Shown here: positions 56,575 through 64,000 of the stretch, piece by piece
How positions within the stretch are numbered: the first letter of the stretch is position 1
How the letters are laid out: every line of letters starts with the position of its first letter
From: Bacteroidales bacterium
GTDB lineage: Bacteria; Bacteroidota; Bacteroidia; Bacteroidales; UBA12077
NCBI GenBank assembly: GCA_028282585.1
Contig: JANQHR010000142.1
Coordinates: 13,403 to 77,402, forward strand
DNA: 64,000 bases
Direction of reading: 5' to 3'
Position numbers and translations under genes: made by a program
The notes under the pieces: model-generated
Seen by the model: only the letters and a program-made list of their open reading frames with translations
Database searches by the model: none
Told to the model about the DNA's origin: nothing

Positions 56575-57333
56575 ATGTCAAAGATTAAAATATCTGCAGT
56601 TTCATATACAAACACATTTCCATTTATATATGGATTAGAGAAAAGTAACATTATAAACCATATTGAGTTAACTAAAGATATTCCTTCTGTTTGTGCTCAA
56701 AAATTGTTGGATGGTAAAGTTGATATAGGACTAATTCCTGTAGCTATAATTCCAAAGTTACACCATGCGGAAATAATCTCCGATTATTGTATTGGAGCTT
56801 CAGGACCAGTTAGATCTGTAATATTAGCATCGTTCAAACCTATAAATGAAATAAACACAGTATATTTAGATTATCATTCAAAATCATCGGTAATGTTAAC
56901 CAGAATCTTAGCAAAAAAATTTTGGAACATTGATGTTAAGTGGACAAGTACAACAGAAGGTTTTGAAAATAATGTAAAAGAAAATGAGGCTGCGGTTATT
57001 ATTGGTGATAAGGCCTTAGTTGCAGAAAAAAAATTTCCGTATGTTTATGATCTTGCAGAGGAATGGATTAAATATACCAAATTACCTTTTGTTTTTGCAG
57101 CCTGGGTAAGTAAAAGAGATTTTGGTGAAAATTTTAGAAATGAGTTTAACAGCGCCTTACAATATGGGTTAGATCATTTAGATGATATGATTGACTCGTA
57201 TGACTTAACTTTTTTACCTGCATATATTAATCCAAAGACATACCTTGAAAAAAACATTGACTATAAATTAGATGATGAGAAGGTAAAAGGGTTAAATTTA
57301 TTTTTAGATTACACCAGTGAATTCGAATTATAA
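56575..57333 (+). CDS. mqnA: Chorismate dehydratase (futalosine menaquinone pathway)
   Basis: VSYTNTFPF; IGASGPVRSV; SKSSV; IIGDKAL; DLAEEW; LPFVFAAW. Confidence 0.85.
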   Translation: MSKIKISAVSYTNTFPFIYGLEKSNIINHIELTKDIPSVCAQKLLDGKVDIGLIPVAIIPKLHHAEIISDYCIGASGPVRSVILASFKPINEINTVYLDYHSKSSVMLTRILAKKFWNIDVKWTSTTEGFENNVKENEAAVIIGDKALVAEKKFPYVYDLAEEWIKYTKLPFVFAAWVSKRDFGENFRNEFNSALQYGLDHLDDMIDSYDLTFLPAYINPKTYLEKNIDYKLDDEKVKGLNLFLDYTSEFEL

Positions 57334-57356
57334 ATAAAGTATAAAAATTACAAACA

Positions 57357-58781
57357 ATGAAAAAGCTATTTTCCATTTTATTTTTAATTGGAGTTGTTTT
57401 CCATACAAACAATATAATTGCACAAAATGATACCATTATTGATAATAACTCAAAAATAAAAGTATTTGTATACGATATTAACCGAAACATTGAGCCAGCA
57501 ATGTTACGTCAAACTCAGAAGAGTTTTGAACGAGCTAATGAAATAGGTGCTGATTATATCATAATAAATATGAACACATACGGTGGAATGGTAAATATTG
57601 CAGATTCGATTCGTACAAAACTATTAAATAGTCCAATTCCAGTTTATGCTTTTATAGTTAATAATGCCGCATCTGCTGGCGCGTTAATTTCGATAGCAGC
57701 TGATAAAATTTATATGAAAAGTGGTACCCAGATTGGTTCTGCAGCTGTTGTGGACCAAACAGGGAAAGTTATGCCGGAGAAATATCAATCGTATATGCGC
57801 GCGACCATGAGAGCTACAGCTGAAGCGCATGGAAAGGATACAACCATTACCGAAAAGGGTGATACGATAATTCAATGGCATCGTGATCCAAGAATTGCTG
57901 AAGCCATGGTTGATCCAAGAATATACATTGAAGGAGTAACTGATACTGGCGAAATAGTTGCATTTACTGCAAATGAGGCTCTTCAAAATGGTTATTGCGA
58001 AGCAATTGTAGAAGACATAGATGAACTACTGGAACATGCCAAAATTAAGAATTATGAAATAACTAAGTATGAACCAACTAAATTGGAACAATTTATTGGT
58101 TTTCTTGTAAGCCCGGCAATTCAAGGTATTCTTATTATGATCATCGTTGGAGGAATTTATTTTGAATTACAAAGTCCGGGAATAGGATTTCCAATTGGGG
58201 CTGCTGTTCTAGCTGCAATACTGTACTTTGCACCACTTTATCTTGAAGGACTAGCAGAAAATTGGGAAATGGTAATCTTCATTTTGGGATTAATACTAAT
58301 AATTCTCGAAATATTTGTCATCCCCGGGTTTGGAGTTGCCGGTATAAGTGGAGTAATTTTAGCCTTAACAGGCCTGGTTCTTAGTATGGTTGATAACATT
58401 ATTTTTGAATTTGAATTTCATGGGACAGAAGCTTTGGCAATGGTGTTAAAATCTTTAGCCATCGTAGTCTTCTCAATGTTTTTAGCATTAATAACTTCGT
58501 TATATCTAAGCAAAAAAGCCCTTACATCGCATGCATTTTCGTGGATAGTATTAAATTCAACTGAAAAAAAAGAAGAGGGTTTTATAGGTGTGGATAGTAG
58601 ACAAAAAGAATTGATTGGTAAAATTGGTAATGCTTTCACAGATCTACGACCAAGTGGCAAAGTTGAAATAGAAGATGAAACGTATGACGCAAAATCAGAA
58701 ATTGGTTTTATTGAAAAAGGTCAAAAAGTAAAAGTTATAGATTATAGATCTGGACAAGTATATGTTATGAAAGCCGAGTAA
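57357..58781 (+). CDS. NfeD-family membrane-bound serine protease (long form)
   Basis: NTYGG; NAASAGALI; IGSA; TM bundle; C-terminal OB fold TDLRPSG. Confidence 0.92.
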   Translation: MKKLFSILFLIGVVFHTNNIIAQNDTIIDNNSKIKVFVYDINRNIEPAMLRQTQKSFERANEIGADYIIINMNTYGGMVNIADSIRTKLLNSPIPVYAFIVNNAASAGALISIAADKIYMKSGTQIGSAAVVDQTGKVMPEKYQSYMRATMRATAEAHGKDTTITEKGDTIIQWHRDPRIAEAMVDPRIYIEGVTDTGEIVAFTANEALQNGYCEAIVEDIDELLEHAKIKNYEITKYEPTKLEQFIGFLVSPAIQGILIMIIVGGIYFELQSPGIGFPIGAAVLAAILYFAPLYLEGLAENWEMVIFILGLILIILEIFVIPGFGVAGISGVILALTGLVLSMVDNIIFEFEFHGTEALAMVLKSLAIVVFSMFLALITSLYLSKKALTSHAFSWIVLNSTEKKEEGFIGVDSRQKELIGKIGNAFTDLRPSGKVEIEDETYDAKSEIGFIEKGQKVKVIDYRSGQVYVMKAE

Positions 58782-58782
58782 T

Positions 58783-59223
58783 ATGACTTATTATTCCATA
58801 CGTGATTATAAAAATGAGGATTATAATCATTTAAATGAACTTTGGCAAGAAACCGGATTAGGTGGTGCACTGCGAGGAGATAATAAGGAGATTATAGCAG
58901 ATAGTATTGAAATGGGAGGAAAACTAATACTCTTAGAAAACAATGAAAATGGTGAAATATTTGGTTCTTCGTGGATAACATTTGATGGCCGCAGACTTCA
59001 CTTGCATCATATCGGGGTAAAACATTCATATCAGAATAAAGGATTTGGCACTTTACTGACAAAAGAATCTTTAAAGTATGCAAAATCTAAAGGTTATCAA
59101 ATAAAATTAGAGGTTCACCAAACCAATAAAAAAGCAATAGAAATTTATAAAAAACTTGGTTTTTCATATTTAGGTGATTATAATGTTTATATCGTTAGAG
59201 ACCTTGATTCTATTAACTTTTAA
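58783..59223 (+). CDS. GNAT N-acetyltransferase
   Basis: HHIGVKHSYQNKGFG; NKKAIEIYKKLGF. Confidence 0.9.
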   Translation: MTYYSIRDYKNEDYNHLNELWQETGLGGALRGDNKEIIADSIEMGGKLILLENNENGEIFGSSWITFDGRRLHLHHIGVKHSYQNKGFGTLLTKESLKYAKSKGYQIKLEVHQTNKKAIEIYKKLGFSYLGDYNVYIVRDLDSINF

Positions 59224-59328
59224 TGTTAAATTTTATTAAATTCCGTTTTAAATCTCTTTTAAATTTTTTTGTACCATTAATAATTTCTAATTTTATGGTT
59301 CATGGCTAACCTTAAAAAATAAACAGTT

Positions 59329-59583
59329 ATGACATTAACATTCAACGAGTTACGAGAAATTAAAGATCGTTTACCTCATGGTGCAATTAGAAAAATTGCT
59401 GAAGATTTAAATATGAATGAGGAAACAGTAAGGAATTATTTTGGAGGTGCTAATTACCGAGAAGGAGAATCAGTAGGAATCCACTTTGGCCCAGGTCCAA
59501 ATGGAGGAATTGTAACAATTGATGATACTACAATATTAGATATGGCTAAACAAATGACCGAAGAAACTGTATCTCAAAACTAG
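59329..59583 (+). CDS. Small Bacteroidales HTH DNA-binding protein
   Basis: TFNELREIKDRLPHGAIRKIAEDL...ETVRNYFGG...GPNGGIVTIDDTT. Confidence 0.8.
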   Translation: MTLTFNELREIKDRLPHGAIRKIAEDLNMNEETVRNYFGGANYREGESVGIHFGPGPNGGIVTIDDTTILDMAKQMTEETVSQN

Positions 59584-59600
59584 TATTGAAGAAATTCCTT

Positions 59601-59635
59601 AAAAAAGCAGAAAAGAAATCTTTTCTGCTTTTTTT
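59601..59635 (+). terminator. Intrinsic terminator
   Basis: AAAAAAGCAGAAAAGA-aa-TCTTTTCTGCTTTTTT. Confidence 0.85.
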
Positions 59636-59660
59636 ATTTTTCGACATTTCTAATTTTGCA

Positions 59661-60320
59661 ATGATGGAATCCATTGAGAATAATATTAAAAAAGCTGAAG
59701 AAAAATGGTTAAATAAGCTAAGCTTATTTTGTCAAAACCTATTTATTGGAAATAAAATACCTTCCCACGACCACACTCACCATTTAAGGGTTTGGAATTG
59801 TGCAAAAAAAATCCTTTTTGCCATTAACCAAACGACCAAAATAAATTACGAATTAATTGAAGGGATTTTAATTGCTTGCATGTTTCATGATACTGGTTTA
59901 ACAGTAACCCTTGATGAATACCACGGATTAGAAAGCAAAAAAATATGTGAACAATATTTTCTTGAAAATAACTTTAGCAAACCATCCAATTTTAATGAAA
60001 TATTAAATGCCATCCAACTACATGATGATAAGGATTACAAGAAAAAAGCAGGTAATCCGGCTTCAATTTTATCAGTTTTATGTAATGCCGATGATTTGGA
60101 TGCCTTTGGTAGAATTGGTGTTATTCGATATACTGAAATCTATTTACTTCGTGGAATTAACACAACTGATTTACCAAAAAAAGTAATTCAAAACTTAGAT
60201 AAACGTTTTTCTAATTTTGAAAAAGCATATCGGTTTTTTCCAAGCTTAATTAAAGGTCATAGAGAAAGATATTTAATAACAAAAAACTTTTTTGAAGAAT
60301 TACTAAAAGAATCTACTTAA
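59661..60320 (+). CDS. HD-domain protein
   Basis: SHDHTHHLRV; FHDTG; H; ADDLDAFG; ATG 59661 lies after the terminator. Confidence 0.85.
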   Translation: MMESIENNIKKAEEKWLNKLSLFCQNLFIGNKIPSHDHTHHLRVWNCAKKILFAINQTTKINYELIEGILIACMFHDTGLTVTLDEYHGLESKKICEQYFLENNFSKPSNFNEILNAIQLHDDKDYKKKAGNPASILSVLCNADDLDAFGRIGVIRYTEIYLLRGINTTDLPKKVIQNLDKRFSNFEKAYRFFPSLIKGHRERYLITKNFFEELLKEST

Positions 60321-60924
60321 CAACAAAGTCCAACATTTTTTCTTCTTCAATATAAGCGGTAAGCCTATCCCCTATTTTTACCGGGCCAACACCTGACGGT
60401 GTTCCAGTAAATAAGTAATCTCCAATTTTTATCGTCATGTATTTGGTAACATGCTCAATTAACTCATCAATTTTAAAAATCATCTCTTTTGTATTACCCT
60501 TCTGAACAATCTCTCCATTCACTTCTAATCGGAAATTTATGTTATTTACATCTTGAAATTTATCCAGCGAAATAAAATTACTTATTGGTGCTGCTCCATC
60601 AAAACACTTTGAAACCTCCCATGGTAAACCTTTCTCTTTGCATTTTTGTTGTAGGTCCCGAGCCGTAAAATCAATACCGACGGCTATTTCGTTATAATAA
60701 CGATTCGCAAATTTAGTTGCTACATTTTTTCCCAATCGATTTAATTTAACAACAATTTCAACTTCAAAATGAATATCATTTGAAAAATCCGGATAAAAAA
60801 AGGGTTGATTATTTCTTAGTAAAGAAGAATCGGGCATTAAAAAAAATATGGGCTCCTTTGGAACTGGATTATTTAATTCTTTTGCATGATCGATATAATT
60901 TCGTCCTATTGCAATTATTTTCAT
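60313..60924 (-). CDS. Fumarylacetoacetate hydrolase family protein
   Basis: IGRNYIDHAKEL; HFEVE; DFTARDLQ; FTGTPSGVG. Confidence 0.93.
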   Translation of the reverse strand: MKIIAIGRNYIDHAKELNNPVPKEPIFFLMPDSSLLRNNQPFFYPDFSNDIHFEVEIVVKLNRLGKNVATKFANRYYNEIAVGIDFTARDLQQKCKEKGLPWEVSKCFDGAAPISNFISLDKFQDVNNINFRLEVNGEIVQKGNTKEMIFKIDELIEHVTKYMTIKIGDYLFTGTPSGVGPVKIGDRLTAYIEEEKMLDFVVK

Positions 60925-60997
60925 TTCGCTAGATTTTAGATAGTAGCATTAAGACTCAATCTTGACCTTGATATTATCCAATGTCTTAATCCTATTA

Positions 60998-61765
60998 TTA
61001 AGAGTTAAACTTTCTCAATTTGATAGCAGTTAGTACTTTCTTCGTATAAAGTGGAAAATCACTATTTAACATCCAACCAAAATAACCTTGGTCTTTTTCT
61101 AAAACTGATTCAACGGTTTGTCCTTTGTATTTTCCAAAGTTAAAAACTTCCTCTCCTTTATCATTAAAAACAATACGTCCTGCAAAGTCAGCATTTTTGT
61201 TATGTGAAGAAAACTTTGAAAGGTCCTCAATATCGTTATTTAGGTCGCTGTAGCGTTCAATTTGTGCTTTTAAAATTTCATAAGTTGCTTTTGTATCAGC
61301 TTCAGCACTATGCGCATCATCTAAATTCTTTTCACAATAAAATTTATATGCAGCGCTTAACGTTCTTTGTTCCATTTTGTGGAAAATAACCTGAACATCC
61401 ACAAATCTATGCTTCTTTAAATCTATATCAACACCCACACGAAGAAACTCTTCGGCTAATAATGGAATATCAAATTTATTTGAATTATATCCCGCAAGAT
61501 CACAACCAGAAATAAACTTGGCAACATCTTTTGCAACAATATTAAAAGCAGGCTCATTTTTTACATCCTCATCTGTTATTCCATGAACCTCAGTTGCGTG
61601 ATTCGGAATTGGCATTTCAGGATTAATTCTCATTGTTTTGGTTTCTTCTTTTCCGTCAGGATTGATTTTTAACAAAGAAATTTCAACAATCCGATCATTC
61701 GCAACGTCAATTCCAGTAGTTTCAAGATCAAAAAAAACAATTGACTTTTTTAAGTTTAATTCCAT
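60998..61765 (-). CDS. DEDDh 3'-5' exonuclease (DNA Pol III epsilon-like)
   Basis: FFDLETTG; YNSNKFD; AHSAEAD; C-terminal FNFGKYKG. Confidence 0.92.
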   Translation of the reverse strand: MELNLKKSIVFFDLETTGIDVANDRIVEISLLKINPDGKEETKTMRINPEMPIPNHATEVHGITDEDVKNEPAFNIVAKDVAKFISGCDLAGYNSNKFDIPLLAEEFLRVGVDIDLKKHRFVDVQVIFHKMEQRTLSAAYKFYCEKNLDDAHSAEADTKATYEILKAQIERYSDLNNDIEDLSKFSSHNKNADFAGRIVFNDKGEEVFNFGKYKGQTVESVLEKDQGYFGWMLNSDFPLYTKKVLTAIKLRKFNS

Positions 61766-61789
61766 TACAATTAGTTTATCATTTTATTG

Positions 61790-61820
61790 AAAAAAAAAGA
61801 GTTTCAAGCGAAACTCTTTT
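61790..61820 (-). terminator. Intrinsic terminator after dnaN
   Basis: AAAAGAGTTTC-aagc-GAAACTCTTTT. Confidence 0.75.
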
Positions 61821-61841
61821 CAGGTTTATATTTTGTAAATT

Positions 61842-62972
61842 TTAAACATTAATCATCATTGGCATTAATAACATCAATACATCTTCATCATCATTCTCTT
61901 TCTCAGCTGGAAATAATATACCTGCACGAGAAGGATCTGATAGTTCAACTAATACATCTGTTGATGCTATATTTGAAAGTATCTCGATTAAGAAAGAAGA
62001 TTTAAATCCTATTTCCATATCATCACCCTCATACTGACAATTTAGCCTTTCATTCGCGGAAATTGAGAAATCAATATCCTGGGCAGAAACATTTAACTGG
62101 TTTCCTTTTAAATCTAGCTTTACTAAATTACTTGCCTGATTTGAGAATAACGCAACACGTTTAAGTGCATTATATAGTTCTAACCGATCAATAGTTAATT
62201 TATTAGGGTTATTGGTTGGAATTACGGAATTATAACTTGGATAATTACCTTCAACTAATCTTGAAACCAATTTATAATTTGATAATGTGAAAAACGCATT
62301 TTTATCATCAAACTCAACCATTACATCATTCTCTTCTTTAGGAAGAATTGATTTAAGCAATCCGGCCGGTTTCTTTGGTAAAATAAAAGAAGCTTCCTGT
62401 TCTGCCTTAACATCCATTCTTCTAAAACGAACAAGCTTATGAGCATCTGAAGCTACAAAAGTCATATTATCAGGATATAATTCTATGAAAATACCGTTCA
62501 TTACAGGACGTAACTCATCATCGGCTGTTGCAAATAAGGTTTTAGAAATACCACTCAATAAAACATTGGCCGAAAGTTGAATTGAATTCTTCTGATCTTC
62601 CTTAATTACCGGTAACTGAGGAAAATCTTCCCCATTTTGACCAACCACATTATATTTACCATTTTCTGTTGTAATTACAACACCAAATGTTTCGTTATTA
62701 ATATCAAATGTTAGTGGTTGATCTGGAAATTCTTTTAATGTATCAGTTAATATTCTTGCAGGAATAGCAATACTACCTTCGTCAGTTGCATTTTCTAACT
62801 GTATTGTAGTTATTAAGGTAGTTTCTAAATCCGATGCTGTTATTTTTAATTCATTATCTGATAATTGGAAAAGAAAATTATCAAGAATAGGCAAAGTATT
62901 TTTGTTACTTATAACTCTACTTATTGCCTGCAAATGACTTAATAATTCTGTACTGGAAATAACAAATTTCAT
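61842..62972 (-). CDS. dnaN: DNA polymerase III beta sliding clamp
   Basis: TLPILDN; ASDLE; DELRPVMNG; ASDAHKL; GNYPSY; LLMPM. Confidence 0.97.
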   Translation of the reverse strand: MKFVISSTELLSHLQAISRVISNKNTLPILDNFLFQLSDNELKITASDLETTLITTIQLENATDEGSIAIPARILTDTLKEFPDQPLTFDINNETFGVVITTENGKYNVVGQNGEDFPQLPVIKEDQKNSIQLSANVLLSGISKTLFATADDELRPVMNGIFIELYPDNMTFVASDAHKLVRFRRMDVKAEQEASFILPKKPAGLLKSILPKEENDVMVEFDDKNAFFTLSNYKLVSRLVEGNYPSYNSVIPTNNPNKLTIDRLELYNALKRVALFSNQASNLVKLDLKGNQLNVSAQDIDFSISANERLNCQYEGDDMEIGFKSSFLIEILSNIASTDVLVELSDPSRAGILFPAEKENDDEDVLMLLMPMMINV

Positions 62973-63085
62973 CTGTCTTTATTTATTTAAACATTAGATT
63001 TCAACGTATGTATTATCCTCATAATTAACTTATCAATAATACGAAAAAATATTCAAGAAGCCAATAAGCCTGCATGAATTTATTG

Positions 63086-64000
63086 TTAGCGAAAATAATC
63101 AATTTCTTTGAATAAAGGATCAAAAATATAATATTCAATGACGATTAATTCTTTGTTGTCATTCAACGTTGCATAGGCCATGTCATAATCAAATTTCATT
63201 TGATTACCAAATTCATCTATTTCATTATCTGAAGGTTTCCTGTAGATTGTAATTTTATTCTCAACTCCTGATTCATCTTTTATTGCTATTACGCAATATG
63301 GTTTAGAAGCTAAAATTGAATCTGTTTGAGTTTGATTTAAATTCTTAACAATATCATCAAATACAATTCTTTGATAATAAGTGAAGTATCTCGCCAGTCT
63401 ATCTACATTAAAATCGTTAAGAAATTTATTACTATTTAACATCCGGATTGCGAAAGTACCATCATTATAATTAATTGCCATAAATGATTTTATCTTATTC
63501 TGAGGATACTCTACGGTTATACTCTCAATATTTTGTGGTTCATAATCAAAAACCATTTTATTACGCCAGTAATTCTCATCCAGAATAAACAATTCTGCTA
63601 ATAATCCTTTAAAAGCCGGAATTCGGACAATAAAAGGATCAGTGGATCTTTCCATCATCATATAGGTCTTTTCCCTATTCATCGATGGTTTACTAACATA
63701 AAACTTTTTAAGGCTTTTTCTGTTTCTATATACTTCAACTAAAATTCCATCTTTCTGAAGTATTGAAGCTACCTGCTCCCGTTCTGCTTTCGAAACAGGA
63801 GAAAAAACCGTTATTCTGCTAAGAACAAGGTTAAGGTTTTCTACATAATTATGCGTAGCTCGATATTTGTTATTTACTTTCCAATGATTAGATTCTTTTT
63901 CCAGAAGTAAAACTTCATTATTAGACTTTAATTTAATCTTTGTTATTTCGTTCGGAGAATCTATAGCAAAGGACGTATTTCGAAGATTAAGAGTTCCTTT
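63086..64000 (-). CDS. DUF4340-like protein (5' truncated by window edge)
   Basis: Frame stays open from 64000 (KGTLNLRNTSFAIDSPNEITKI...HWKVN...) into the 198-aa ORF; WRNK...IESITVEY. Confidence 0.7.
   Translation of the reverse strand, partial: KGTLNLRNTSFAIDSPNEITKIKLKSNNEVLLLEKESNHWKVNNKYRATHNYVENLNLVLSRITVFSPVSKAEREQVASILQKDGILVEVYRNRKSLKKFYVSKPSMNREKTYMMMERSTDPFIVRIPAFKGLLAELFILDENYWRNKMVFDYEPQNIESITVEYPQNKIKSFMAINYNDGTFAIRMLNSNKFLNDFNVDRLARYFTYYQRIVFDDIVKNLNQTQTDSILASKPYCVIAIKDESGVENKITIYRKPSDNEIDEFGNQMKFDYDMAYATLNDNKELIVIEYYIFDPLFKEIDYFR

Noticed and set aside
1-64000. CRISPR arrays, IS elements, prophage, defence systems and the many antisense ORFs of 60-136 aa in the track
   Set aside because: No spaced direct repeats and no transposase, integrase or phage motifs were seen; the antisense ORFs lie within well-supported genes

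Overview
AT-rich chromosomal window from a Bacteroidota bacterium, probably a free-living Bacteroidales/Marinilabiliales-like lineage (inferred from TAnnTTTG/TTTG promoters, rprXY, long Bacteroidales-type HtpG and a DUF4340 gene next to dnaN). It is mostly housekeeping: three-gene pnt transhydrogenase, sucAB, ggt, murB, mltG, aspC-like, htpG, trmH-like, hup, tRNA-Ser(UGA), purB, mqnA, dnaN. It is also rich in signalling genes: two SpoIIE/PP2C phosphatases, SiaC, several receivers and two ECF sigma factors. No CRISPR array, integrase or transposase was seen. Main points of interest: (1) a DUF692/MNIO RiPP cluster at 27.5-30.9 kb (ECF sigma, zf-HC2 anti-sigma, secreted ExKCG-repeat precursor, MNIO, DUF2063) with its own ECF promoter, a double-hairpin intergenic element and a decayed doxX pseudogene; (2) a stand-alone LeuD homologue lacking the active-site motifs, divergent from a conserved 518-aa unknown protein; (3) an identically spaced sigma54-like promoter/operator motif upstream of both htpG and a TPR-protein gene; (4) a 4-Cys tail on SucA; (5) unusual PAS-array and SiaC-linked phosphatase modules. 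All family assignments come from motif recognition by eye, not from database searches.
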